Origin: Eledone cirrhosa
Lineage: Eukaryota
Assembly (NCBI GenBank): GCA_964016885.1
Contig: OZ024746.1
Span: forward strand, 39,866,001 to 39,930,000
DNA: 64,000 bases
Direction: 5' to 3'
The notes under the pieces are model-generated. The model had not been told where the DNA came from and did no database searches. It saw only the letters and a program-made list of their open reading frames with translations. The translations under genes were made by a program, and so were the position numbers. Below, in pieces: positions 1-13,150 of this stretch (positions within the stretch are counted from its first letter, which is position 1; each line of letters begins with the position of its first letter).

Positions 1-10
1 ATTTTAATTT

Positions 11-46
<36 letters not shown>

Positions 47-126
47 CATTTAGACATATGTCTATATCTCCGATATACATACACATATATATATATATAT
101 ATAGGTATATATATATTGATATACAT

Positions 127-165
<39 letters not shown>

Positions 166-1617
166 TGGGTTATGTGTTTGTTGATATATGTGCATGTATG
201 TATGCACCCTTACCGATTCGTTGGATCACTACCGAGTACTTCATATTCAGCTAGTGTGACGTGGATAAGTCAGGAACCAAAAGATATGTTGCATGTACTT
301 AGTATTTACAGCCCTTACATACTTACATACATATGTATGTACATATATACATGCAATTAATTTTAAAGATAGATCTCTATCAGAACGAATATCAGTTTTC
401 TTACTTAACTTCTATATTTTCTAAGTGGCATAGAGGCGGTGTTTGCTTTTCGGTATTTATCTATATGTTCTAGTTTCAAAATCCAACTAGTCGATTTTGG
501 TTTCCATTCATTCATAGTATATAAAACAACTACTGGTTATGTAGTACAGTAGACTCCATTGACTAAAAGGTCTTGCTCATTTGCTAAATTTAGATAGTTC
601 TTCAGTAGTGTAACCAACAGCATTACTTTAAAATGTGCAGTGTTTACATTATTATTTTAATTAAATATCTTCTGCATTGCAATACTAGATAGCTGTATTA
701 GTATTATGAAAACAAAACATAGAACATAGAAGAACTGAAGACTAAAGAGGCATTAAAATAATCATTATAGAAATATAAGCTTCATTACCAAATTATTAAC
801 GACAATAACGAAAAACAACAACAGCCATAGCTCTAACATCTGGTATATATTGGTCTACTTCCTGACGTTAGCAAGCTGACACTCGTAACATCTGCTCGAT
901 TGCTTTAAGCATAGTAATTTGAAAATGTCTATATAAGAAGTATATAAAAAATATATTGTATTCCCAGAGTTCTTCTAAGAGTTGCGGCTGGCCAAGTTAA
1001 TCGTGTGCTGGTCTACCGGCCGAAGGACGCACATTTCTTATCCTACCACATACTGTTAAGTGTTGCTGGCAAAGGCATTAAACTTAAATTCTTAATTACT
1101 CAGTTCACTTAATTGTAAATAGGTACTACAGGGAATTAGAGTTCACCGCTGTAAGCAAGGTAGGGGAAACATATAATTGACAAAAGTGTCTTTGCTTTCC
1201 AATGCTGATCTCAAAAGTTACCATGTACGGGAACTGAGGAACAGGAAATCAGCTATATTCCCTCTTGAATCGTTATAGTAACAGTTTTTTTTTCTTTTTG
1301 TTGTTGTTTTTTGTTTTTCCATTGAACGTATGGCTTTACTACATAATGCTTAATCTTAATATATAAAAGTGAACGTGCATATGTATGTTCCAAATTGTAA
1401 GTAACACTTTTGCACCCAATTCGCTTTACATAGGAGCTATCAAGAATGCCACACATTATGTGATATTTCCTGGTACTACTATAAACTCAGAAATAGCCGA
1501 GTACTGCTGCTATTCTTCTATAAAACTGTCTCACCAAGTTACTATAGTATAGATAATTTCTCATAATTTGATTATGCCTTAATAATAATACTTCGTATTA
1601 TAAAGTTCTCTTCATCT

Positions 1618-1720
1618 TACACTAGGTTCCCTAACATTTGATATTTTTAAATATATAAAACCCTCCCCTACACTTGAGTATTTTAAACAAAAATAAACAG
1701 CATCCAACACACACACACAC

Positions 1721-1795
<75 letters not shown>

Positions 1796-1881
1796 ACGAA
1801 GGAAGTGTGGTAAGGAACTAGGTGGACCAGAAATAACTGTCGAAACGGCTTGAGCTCTGCCGCCGGTGTCTTGAACATTTT

Positions 1882-1955
<74 letters not shown>

Positions 1956-2048
1956 GGATGCTGTTTATTTTTGTTTAAAACACTAAAATACTCAAGAGTG
2001 TAGAGGAGGGTTTTATATATTTAAAAATATCAAATGTTAGGAAACCTA

Positions 2049-2053
<5 letters not shown>
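1618..2053. repeat. Inverted repeat (~100-bp arms) enclosing microsatellites and a second insert
   Basis: 1618-1720 is approximately the reverse complement of 1941-2053 (small indels); the right arm ends in (TA)n. Confidence 0.9.
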
Positions 2054-2096
<43 letters not shown>

Positions 2097-2364
2097 TTAT
2101 TAAAATAACAGATTAAAGTTTAAGCAAAGAATCAATGCTTTCACCCTTAACGGGATCTTCTGAAACTCTTTGGATTTTAGTCTTCAAATTAATTATTATT
2201 ACTATATATATATATATATATATTAAAGTGTTAAACAATATTCAATGAGTATGTCAAAGAATGAGTTTTACAGTAGATTGGAAGCACTCTACGAGAAAAA
2301 ATAATTTTCCGGAGTTATTAATATTAAAATATAAATATTAATAAAATAGATGTTCTTTTGATCA

Positions 2365-2427
2365 ATTACATTTTATTATACATATTTCGGATGTACAACA
2401 GTACGTCCTCATCAGACAAAATATAAT
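2365..2427 (-). ncRNA. Type I hammerhead ribozyme, identical inverted copy
   Basis: Exact reverse complement of 2483-2545. Confidence 0.85.
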
Positions 2428-2482
2428 GATACTACCTTGATTAAATCTTAATCATTTAACATCTCAGGGTATGTCATGTATC

Positions 2483-2545
2483 ATTATATTTTGTCTGATG
2501 AGGACGTACTGTTGTACATCCGAAATATGTATAATAAAATGTAAT
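2483..2545 (+). ncRNA. Type I hammerhead ribozyme (Penelope-like element type)
   Basis: Stem I ATTATATTTTGT/ATAAAATGTAAT (12 bp with G-U), CTGATGA 2495-2501, stem II GGACGTAC-tgtt-GTACATCC, GAAA 2522-2525, minimal stem III (ATATGTAT), AUA triplet with predicted cut after 2533. Confidence 0.85.
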
Positions 2546-2585
2546 TGATCAAAAGAACATCTATTTTATTAATATTTATATTTTA

Positions 2586-2618
<33 letters not shown>

Positions 2619-4080
2619 ATTAGTAACTATAAAGGCAAACTAACATGAGATGTTTAATACTAAAGCAGTATAGATAAGTCCTTCACACCGAGAAAGCGAT
2701 GTTAAGATTTAATTCTTAATTTCTTGAAATTACCAGCCCATTATTTTATGAGTCTCTATAATCACCCTTATACTTTTGTTTTGTTTCGACAACTAGAAGG
2801 GACATTTCAATTAAATGAGCATATTAGTGCATCATTGAGTTATTTCTCTTTACTGGAGGTTTTTTTTAAAATATACAAATTATTACTGAGTATAGTCTTG
2901 TCAACTGAACAAAGCAGGCTTGAACTGAATATACTATGAAGATGAGATCCAATAAGACAAAATATGAATTTAGCCCTCACTCCTTGATTAGATTTTCCCG
3001 TAAATTTATTTTATGAAATTTTATTCGTATCTTGTTACAATTATTTCCTCTTTTCTTTGAGAGTCTCTAGAGTGAGTGCGCGTTGCTTTATGGTTAGAGT
3101 TTTAGACTAACAATCATTAGGGTGTGAGTTAAGTTCCTGGGCCGGGTGACGCGTTATGTTCTTGAGCAAGACACTTCATCTCATGTTGCTTTTTGTTATA
3201 TGATTAGAGTCCCTATCAAAAAAACTCCTTTGAGATGCAACCTCGTATGTCAGATATATCTGCATAGGTGTGAGCTGTAAATTTCATTTCATTCAGTACA
3301 TAACAGCACATAAGGCATGTCTTTCCATATCAGACTAGTTTTGTTCAAAGACATATTCTTGTTTGAATAAGACATTTGTTTTATTCAAAGCATTTATTGC
3401 TTTCGTTTTATTTTATATTATTTCCTTGTAATACGGAATGTTTGATAAACTAATCCTGCATAAGTTTTAACTGATTTATTTTTCCATTCCAATTGCCTCT
3501 GTTGGTTGTTTTCTTTCTCCAACAACGACAGAAAAATGTCGTAGTTGGAGTACACGAGTCCTTAACTTATTTATTTAGACTTCCGGTTGAAATCATTTTA
3601 TTTTATTTATGACCTCTAATGGTTTTGGAAAATATTCCTCTGAAATATAGACATTTATGATTTATCAAAAGAAGCTAGTATTATCTTTTTTTTTACATTG
3701 AATTAGTAAATGGGAGGAGGACAATTAAAATAAATGAAATGAAATCAAGACATTTACATACGATAGTCATGAATTATGCTTTCATCGTCATGGTTTTTTT
3801 GGTTTTTTTAACTAAATTATACGAAAAACATTGAATCTGATATTCCGTATTATAATACGAACCTTTTGATTTGATTTTACTCATAAGGATAAATGTTTTC
3901 TTTTCTATTTTGAGTTTCTTCTTGTTTCGGTTTTCATTTTAGTTTGTTATTGTTTTTTTACGTGTCCTTACAAATAACTCTTTAAAGTCAAAGGTTGGTT
4001 TTGTTTAGTACAAAATGCTTTATCTGTAATAAACATTAAAACATTAAGTCTTCGTTTGAAGTAAATACTAGATGACAACT

Positions 4081-4123
<43 letters not shown>

Positions 4124-4242
4124 ATTCTTTGGGAGGGTCATGCTGTCAATAAAAACATACGCACCTCTTGGTTTTCACTTCAATTTATTATAAATTTCGG
4201 GTTAGTCAGTTGGTTCGATAACCGGATGGTTGTTTATATATT

Positions 4243-4287
4243 GTCAAAGCTCTTTCGTCACACATATTCTGTGACCACCTCAGTGAC
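4243..4287 (-). ncRNA. Hammerhead-like motif with non-canonical position 9
   Basis: Minus strand: GTCA CTGAGGT G GTCACA-gaatatg-TGTGAC GAAA GAGC TT TGAC; inside a ~175-bp insert with (TA)n on both sides. Confidence 0.6.
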
Positions 4288-4294
4288 TGGGTGT

Positions 4295-4373
<79 letters not shown>

Positions 4374-4384
4374 CATACATACAT

Positions 4385-4660
4385 GATGATGATGGCTGCC
4401 CCCTAGTTATCGAGTATGGCCATTGCACGATATACCATTATTAATAATTATTAATTAATTCTATCGTGCAACGCCTGTGCGTGAAGATATTTTTTAAAGT
4501 GAGGGAAGACTGTGCACTGAGCCAATCCCACTCTCTGAGCGACAGTAGCTATAACCCGAAAAGAAGAAAAGATCAACATCATCTAACTACTGAGCCGCAG
4601 GTTTTATATCCCAGTTCGTACATATGCTGTTTGTCTGCCCTTGGTAAGATTCCACTGTGA
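4385..4660 (-). mobile_element. Diverged relative of the RTE-derived element with a (CAT)n tail
   Basis: tggctgcc..tcgagtatggcca terminus and gtgcactgagccaatcccactctc match the 18361 and 18610 regions. Confidence 0.55.
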
Positions 4661-6295
4661 CTGTGTGTGAGGCTTCTTTCCTCCTCCCCCCCCCCCCCTC
4701 TCTCTGCTTGTACTGGATAATTTCCCCATATAATGCACGGTACTTTCTGTTACTGGATAATACATCAATGTATGGATTATGTTATATTGAAACATGACAA
4801 ATGTGAGAGTTAGTATATTTACAGTGTACGAGGTGATCCAGTGTACGATCTCTCCTGCTTTGTAGATACATGTAATATACTATGCAGTACAAATACGCCA
4901 GACGGTCGATTTGAAAGAGACATTAGAGTGTTGGACATTTGTTCTGGATCTCTGCGTTATCTGTTCAAATCCCGCCGAGGTTCACTTTGCTTTTCTTCCG
5001 TTAGGAGTCGATAAAAAAAAGTATCAGCCCTGTGCTGGTGCAGCTCACTTTCCTTCTATACTTGATGTTCCACTGGCTCAGAGGAGGGAGTGTGTATGTG
5101 TCTGTTCGCGACTCCATGGGAACCAAAAATCCTTAGCGAATGTATGATACTCCCAGGTTATATTCAATTGCTAGTGATAGCTATAGTGCAACTGCGCGCT
5201 TGATAGAACTGTACATAGCATTTGGATAAGCTGGAAACTTCAAGATAGACACTTTGAACACCGGATATTGATTTTATATAGCAGATGACACAAGTATTCA
5301 CTGGTTAATAATGCTATTGTGTATTTCTAATGTTCTTTAAATAATCAAGTCTGCCTTAATGTAAATTTATATTATAGCAATGCACAGTTCAAAGTGTAGA
5401 CAGCATAATCTTTGACTCTTTCCTGGATAAAGCATCGAAGGATCATTTCTAGGTATCTTCTTTTGAAGATATAAATATATGAAGGCGATATCTTCTATCA
5501 TACTCAAAACAATATAATGAATTTTATGTCAATATTACTTACTTGCTATATGTCAATACAAGTTAATTAGTTTCAGCTAAGGTCCCCTTTTATATAGTAA
5601 TGGATACTACTTTACAGTCTTATTTTGTTGTTTTAAACACACATCTGCCCACCATCTTTTTAACTTCAGTCACTGATTATGGCGCTATTAAGGCCTATGA
5701 ATATTTACTCCAGTTTCAGTTTACATGTTAAGACAAAGCCATTATTTACTTAAACTAGAGAGAGTGGCGTTCCGAAGTGCTGGGATTAAATCTAAAGAGT
5801 GTTTGTTATTTTCTTTTAGAAACTCGATATTTCAACTATGATTTGTGGTACATGTCGTAAAGTAAAGATTTCCGGCAAGCTGAGACTAAGATTGTTTTTT
5901 CTGAATGATGAGAATCTATTTGAAAGGCGATTATCTTCGGGATTTCAAAGTGTTGCACGATAAGATATACATAGCTCCTCGGATAGGAAATTAATAAATC
6001 TAAGAAACTGAGCTTGGTACCACAAACCAACGACCTACTAGTCAATCCTATAGCATTGCTGTTACCTTATACCAACCGGCCAAAACCACAAATTACTCGA
6101 CTGATCAACCCTCTACACTCAATTTACACTACTGCCTTAAAAATAACCCCTGTCTTATTGAAAGAAATCATTAATTTTTCTTTAAGATTTGCTTTTCTTA
6201 CCTGATAATGTTGGACAAGAACCTTTCTGTTTATGACATCAGTTAATGCTTCTTATAAAACTTCTATTGATGGTGACAAATATTCACCACAAATA

Positions 6296-6690
6296 GGGCG
6301 TAGAATTGGCAGAATTGATAAAATATTGGATAATATATCATTGCTGTATTTGTTCTGGACCCTTACATTCTGAATTCAAATCCAGTCAAGTTCAATTTTG
6401 CTTTTCATCCATCCGGGTCGATAAAATATGTACCAGTCTAGTACTAGGGTTGATTTAATCAACTTTGACCTTCCTACGAATCGGCGAAAGGGTTTCAATT
6501 TCCGACTGACCCAATATTTCCTGGATTTTCTTTCACTGCATTATTGACCCTGGAACAAGCATGATTATCATACTAAATTTTCCTTTCGTTCTTCTGGGGT
6601 CGATAAAATAAAATACCAGTCAAATTCTCGGGTGGATTTGATCAATGTTCCTCTGCTCCTGAACATGTGCCAATCTTAGAAACAATTATT
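6296..6690 (+). mobile_element. SINE family A, old copy plus fragment
   Basis: Degenerate A/B boxes and two gggtcgataaaat cores. Confidence 0.7.
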
Positions 6691-7077
6691 CCTGGGGTGG
6701 GGGGGGGGGGGGAGAAAAACACAAGCATTCTCTAATGTAAATTAAAATGAATCTAAGACAGTCTCATACAGATACACAGATATCGCTCAAAATTGATCAC
6801 TCTGTTGAGATAAGAATTAAATTGAAATTTTAAATTAAAATACATATAACGATGTAGTATAACCCCCACACTCTCACTCTCTCTTATATTTTCTTCCTTC
6901 CTCCTCTTTGTATCTCTCTGTCACTTTATCGCTCTTCATTTTTTTTTTCTTCTTTGATAATTGTACAATTGAAAATAAAGCCTTATTACTAATAATAGCG
7001 ACAATAGCAGCCATGACAATTCCAGGAGGCCTTATGATAGCAATTGCAACATTAACAACAGATTAATTAATAAATTC

Positions 7078-7164
<87 letters not shown>

Positions 7165-7299
7165 CTAAATATAGCTAGTTTCGAAATAGATAAAATCGAT
7201 AAGGAAGGAATTCTCCAAGATGACTAATTATTCTATGGATATTTATAAACTTATATTAAGCTCATCCTGCTGTACTTCTAGTTTATTTATCATAGGTTC

Positions 7300-7680
7300 A
7301 TTGTTGCTGTTGTTGCTATTGTTTATGACGTTGTTGCAGTTGATTTTGACGTTGATGTTGTAGTTGCTGCTGCTGCTGCTGTTGTTGTTGTTTCTGCTGC
7401 TTCTGTTGCTGCTGTTGCTGTTGCGGCTGTTCCTCCTGTTGTTGTTGTTCCTGTTGCTCTTACTGTCGCTGTTGTTGTTATTGCTTTGCTGTTGCTCTTG
7501 TTGTTGTTGTTGTTGTTGCTGTTGTTGTTGTTTCCATTGTTGTTGCTGTCGCTGTTGTTGTTGTTGTTGCTTTGTTGTTGCTCTTGTTGTTGCTGTTGCA
7601 GTTGTTGCTATTGTTATTCTTGTTGCTGCTGTTGCTGTTGTTGTTGTTGTTGTCCCTATTGTTCCTGCAACTATTGTTGA
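7300..7680. repeat. (TTG/CTG)n compound trinucleotide repeat
   Basis: Direct reading. Confidence 0.95.
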
Positions 7681-7689
7681 TAGTAATGA

Positions 7690-8178
7690 CTTCTAACAAG
7701 GCTTCACATTTTAAGGGGAGGTAACAGTCGGGTTTATCGACATCAGTTCATATAACAGTATTGTACTTTATTTTATCGATCCAGGAAGGATGAAAAACAA
7801 ACACCAACCTCGGTGAGATTTGAATTTAGAATGTAAAGCGACAGAATTTAATATCACAAGTCATTTTGTACGTTGCTCTATCGATTCCGCACATCTATAG
7901 AATTAAATTAAATTTCTGTAGCAATCTTTAGCTAAGCATGTGTTCACTCTCAGCAACTATTTCAGAATATATTGTTATTATGTTTTAAATTGTAATTGTT
8001 AAAATAATTGTTTCTACTTTTGGCACAAGGCCAGCAATTACCCAGTACATTACTGGTACTTTATTTTATCGACCCCGTAAGGATGAAAGGCAAAGTTAAC
8101 CTCGGCGGGATTTGAACTCTGACCATAAAGGGCCGTAACTCTTTGCTGCTAAGCAATCCACCGCCAATCCACCGCCCT
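7690..8178 (-). mobile_element. Two SINE family A copies (7690-7895 old; 8003-8178 young)
   Basis: Core ttttatcga.cc.g.aaggatgaaa and gatttgaa B box in both. Confidence 0.8.
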
Positions 8179-9196
8179 GTAATTATTAAAATTATGAAGA
8201 CCGTCTTCATTTATCAGTAAAATGGTCACATTGTTGTGATTGAAATCATACCAATGTGTTCACCTCCTAGGACAGATAGAGATGTGACAGAAATTATATA
8301 ACCCCAGACTAAATATTTTTAATTTCATTCTTTTTAGTTTCTGTCGCTGGACTGATATTAATCCGTGACTTCAAGAGCTATGTCGAGAGCTAGGTAGTCC
8401 TATAGTGGATTGCGTTTACCAGGCCAAGAAATCCACTATAGGACTTTAACTCAGAACGTAAGGAGCCGAAATGATACAAAGCATTTGCTCCGATGATCTA
8501 ATGCTTTTGCCATTTCGACAACTATGTATGTTAGTGAGCCAAGCCAAGACATTCAGCTTTATGCAGTCTTGTCCATCTAATTCTAAATGTTATCGTGGCT
8601 GACATAATTCATCGTTGTAAACCGTAGCTGTGATAATTTGATTAGATTATTTGGTGTTACTGTGTTCAGTTCCCTGTTAAGGCAAAAGTAACTTGCGATT
8701 AACTAGTGTTCTATTCATGCAACCAGCTTTCTCACATTGGCATAATTTTACTTCATTTGTTTGACTAAACAATTAGATTTACCTAATACTTATTTTATCG
8801 ACTTTAGGTGGATAAATGGTGAGACTTTATCTCTCTGTGTTCACGCCATATCTATCATTCGATTTTAGATTTGTGTAATTGCGACGTTCGGTTAAATCAG
8901 TCAAACAATATACCCAATTTCATATCGTTTAGAAACTTCCAATTCAATTGCAGCTTTATTAAATTCCATGTTTAGTAGACTGAATAATATATATAGAGAA
9001 ATGAAAACAACTTCAACCACAGAATAACTGTGAAAAGTCAAATGTCGCTATTGTTGTTAGTGCTGGAATTATCGCTGTTGGTGTTGTTCAAGTGAAATAT
9101 ATGTTCGATTACTTTGTTGTTGCTGTAAACTATGTACAATATCTATGCTTACTCATTTGACTGTAACTGTTCAGGCATGTGTCAAGACAGATAATG

Positions 9197-9380
9197 GTTT
9201 CTACTTTAGGCACAAGGCCAGCAATTACCCAGTGCATTACTGGTACTTTATTTTATCGACCCCGTAAGGATGAAAGGCAAAGTCAACCTCGGCGGGATTT
9301 GAACTCAGATTGTAAAGGGACATAACTATGCTGGAAAGCATGGCGTCCGACCCTCTACCGATACTGCCAATCCACCGCCC
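9197..9380 (-). mobile_element. tRNA-derived SINE family A, full length, 20-bp TSD
   Basis: A box TGGCAGTATCGG, B box GAGTTCAAATCC, central gcctttcatccttacggggtcgataaaat block; TSD atgtgtcaagacagataatg at 9177-9196 and 9381-9400. Confidence 0.92.
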
Positions 9381-9657
9381 ATGTGTCAAGACAGATAATG
9401 AGCAGGACACAATACAGAGCTTACAAACTAAAGTTAGAGCTGTTACAAAAGCCACGGATAAAAAGGATTAAGCATGAAGATATACCATATTATACACAAA
9501 CAACATCGTGTTAACGTTTTCCCCTGAAGTTGAATATATATATATTTATATATATGATATTAAATAAATATATATATATATAATATCATATATATAATAA
9601 ATTATATATATGATATTAAATATATTTATATATATATATATATTATGAAAATCATTT

Positions 9658-9920
9658 ACAGTGATGGTCATGGCAGGCTGGAATACCTTTGATGATAGAT
9701 CTTTTGACCAAGAGCTAAATAGTAAGAGATATATCTAAAAGCAAACACTGTAGTGGTTATAGGTGTAATAGGTTTGCTCATAGGTTTTCTCAACCAGGAG
9801 ATACACAAAATATGAGATAAATCTAAACGCAAACAGCGTGATGCTCATGACTGGAGTAGCTTTGATGATAAGTCTTCTCGACCAGGGGCTAAACAAAGAG
9901 ATAAATCTTAAAGCAAACAA
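9658..9920 (+). repeat. Diverged ~85-bp tandem repeat, 3 units
   Basis: Anchor gagata.atct.aa.gcaaaca at 9726, 9814 and 9898. Confidence 0.8.
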
Positions 9921-10202
9921 GAGAAGAGAAATCTCTCTTTGTTGTTTCAGTCCTATTACTCGAAATTTCAATATTTTCTACGCATATGACGTCATTAGGC
10001 AAACCATATACGTCTGTAAAACAATAGCGAAGCTTGTTGTTGAACTGTTTCTCACGAACGTTTTTCTCTGAGAGTGTAAAGAGCGATTGTAAAAATAAGT
10101 CATTCCCAGAAGATGTCTGTAATACAGAAACACTCGATCCTTTTACTTCGTTAATTATGTATTAAAATGAAATATACGTATAAATACAAACACACAAATA
10201 CG

Positions 10203-10263
<61 letters not shown>

Positions 10264-11147
10264 ATATATATGCGTATATATCTATCTATATATACAAATA
10301 TAAATATACAAATATACAAATATATATATATATATATATGTATATGTATATGTGTGTGTATCTTTATATATATATATATAACTTGATGCCTTCGCCGGTC
10401 TACTTAAGTAAATTTGTTTTTCCTAGAATTATAAAGTACCTCATTGTCTTTGGACCATTATTGGAATGTACAAAGACCTGTACCAAACGCTATCTAATTA
10501 ACACAGCACCAAAGTTTTGCGAAAATAAAAATTATAGTGCAACTTATTTTTTTTTTTTTTAATATTGAACTGACACATTTCCTGTTCTTCAAAAAAAATA
10601 GTAACAAATGTTTTGAAAAAATATATGCAAAGCAATCGCTCATGTACTCTTATAGACTGAATCAAATTCACATCTCACACATAACCAGGTTAAGCTGGCC
10701 TTCACGCTGTATCTTATACGAGGTTTCTTGGGTCTTTTAATGATAACACCACCCCTACATCTGTCATAGAAAGCAACGTAAAATGAATCATCTTGCTAAA
10801 GAACACAACGCACTTCCTGATCCAGGAACCGAACCCATGATCTTATGATCATAAGTCCAACACCCTAACCACTAAGGCATGTGCCTTCACCACTCTTATG
10901 CACTTTTACCAAAGGGCTGAGGAAGACATGATTAATAAAGTCAATTTAGTTATGCCTTTTCCAAACTTCACTTACTATGATTAGTTGAAATCGATTTGCA
11001 TCGTTCACTCTAACTTCATAAGACAACATTTCGACAGTGATTTCTAGAAGTGAGACCACAACTGCCAGTCGTTTATTTACACATGATACGCCAAAGTTCA
11101 TTTGACTTCTTGCCAGTCTCTTATGATTGTTGTTTATAGTTAATAAC

Positions 11148-11203
11148 TGTTTCTACTTTAGGCACAAGGCCAGCAATTACCCAGTGCATTACTGGTACTT
11201 TAT
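11148..11203 (-). mobile_element. SINE family A 3' fragment with 18-bp TSD
   Basis: TSD ttgtttatagttaataac at 11130-11147 and 11204-11221. Confidence 0.85.
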
Positions 11204-11762
11204 TTGTTTATAGTTAATAACACACGACTTTTCGTGGAAATATTATGAGAAAAGACGAATCTACAGACACCCTATTGGTGGTTTCTGCAGAGCCGGTGAT
11301 ACAATTAAGTCAATTTAGGCAGCTGCCTCGGACACAGACCTAAAAGAGGCGCAATAATCAATCTTAAAGGATCCAAATGTTATATAAAGAGGATTGTACG
11401 ATTTGGTGTGGGAGACGGTGGCATATGTAATGAAAAAAATGCAAGCTTAGTAATTTGTGTAGTCAGAGCAAGAAGTGTCGAAATTAGGTTCGTCAGCTTT
11501 GCGAAAATTGGGCGCATAACTGAGAGAAAGGAAGGGGCCATTCTAGAATTAGCCTATAGTTCTTAATACCTAGGTGCCTACTCTGGGACTATGATACATG
11601 ATGGGTTTAAACTGCCCCCTGTTAAAAGTTACTTTAGAATTTAAGAGTGCCGAGTTAGCATTAATAGTCTTTCATCGATTAGATTTTTAAAGTTTTATTA
11701 ATTTGGTTAGTTTTTCGGTAAAATACATATGTCGATATAAATCAGCCTCTTCCTACAAATGT

Positions 11763-11956
11763 CAGACCTGTCAACTCTTCACGTCCGACGGGGAGATTTG
11801 CAATAGCCTTTGGAGTGAGTGAGAGATGACTTCTCTTGTGAAAATGGGTATAGCTTTCATTATATAAAATCTCCCTATTTTGCCTCATTCTTCCCGTTTT
11901 GGGGGCATCTTTTTCATGGTTCTTTCCGTTTGGGTTTTTAGAGGTTGGCAGGTCTA
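11763..11956. mobile_element. MITE with CAGACCTGTCAAC...GTTGGCAGGTCT terminal inverted repeats (hAT-like)
   Basis: TIRs visible, with aaatgt on both flanks. Homologous right part at 55750-55901 and an inverted left end at 55415-55443. Confidence 0.7.
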
Positions 11957-12988
11957 AAATGTTGACTATATGACCACAGCAGGTGCCTGAGTACTTAGGA
12001 CAAGTTCGCAAGGGGACTTGATTTGTAGATCACCGGTACATACATCGGTAGCTTGACGGATAAAATTGTGTCGATTATGTGAACGAGTCCTTGACCTGTA
12101 GTGATTATGTATATATACATACAAAATGTATATAAATATTTGTACATAATTTAAGGTAAAATATGCTGTAGATGCTAAAATAATTTTCCTTTTGTCTTTC
12201 AGATATTTGACATGGACTTTACCTATTACCATAATATGACTCGGTGGGTTGTCATAGAATGGGAAATGCCCTGTTAGCCTTTAGTAACTAGGTAAGTTCG
12301 GTTTCCTTTTGATTCATATATCGAAAACTCAACTAATTTTCCTGAATGTTCGCTGTAAATATTTCTATATCAGCGATCCAAATATACATTTATACGTTTG
12401 CTCAATGTCAGCCTGATCAATAGAAGAAAATATCTTAGCGCAATTCAAGATAATAAAATGTGAGAAATATCAATAATTCTAGCGAATATATATATATATT
12501 GTGTGTGTGTGTGTGTGTGTGCGCGTGTGCGTGCGCGCGCGCGTAAGTATGCATGAATGTATGTATATATGTATGTGTGTTTGTATGTCTGTCTGTATGT
12601 ATGTACGTATGTCCTGCTTTTTTTTTTTTATTTCTCCACAATAGTGATAAAGCCTGTTTCTAACGCACGAACAAGGCTCTTTCTTTGGAATTTAGAAAAC
12701 ATAATCTAGGTAATTATGTATGTCTGCATGTATGTTCGTATGGAGAGATGTATGAATGGATGGGTCAGATCAGGGAACTATTAACCCGAAACCTGGTATT
12801 GATAACGATGTAAGCCGGTACAGCATAGTCAAACTGTCAGCAATTAAACTAACACGAACACTATTTGGTGAAGAGGCCGATTTGTGGATAGTCTGTTCAA
12901 CGAAAAGCAAACCCTGTCAAAGAGAGAATGGACTCAGCAGAACCAATGGCTACCTGATAGAGTGTATATATATGTATGTGCATACATG

Positions 12989-13141
<153 letters not shown>

Positions 13142-13150
13142 GTTAAGTGC

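Larger units (their letters stand above)
2321..2589. repeat. Inverted repeat with 112-bp arms and 45-bp spacer (inverted pLTR-like), ending in (TA)n
   Basis: 2321-2432 is the reverse complement of 2478-2589. Confidence 0.95.

Noticed and set aside
2125-2172. (-) CAGAAGA TCCC..GGGT GAAA motif
   Set aside because: U4 is mutated and the cleavage triplet is ambiguous; decayed remnant only.
7364-7699. Poly-Leu/Cys/Asn/Thr ORFs
   Set aside because: Trinucleotide repeat that is open in several frames.
9197-9380. tRNA gene calls from A/B boxes
   Set aside because: These are SINE heads with a body, tail and TSD; no full cloverleaf.
9658-9920. CRISPR-like regular spacing
   Set aside because: The 'spacers' are homologous to each other, the context is eukaryotic and there are no cas genes.
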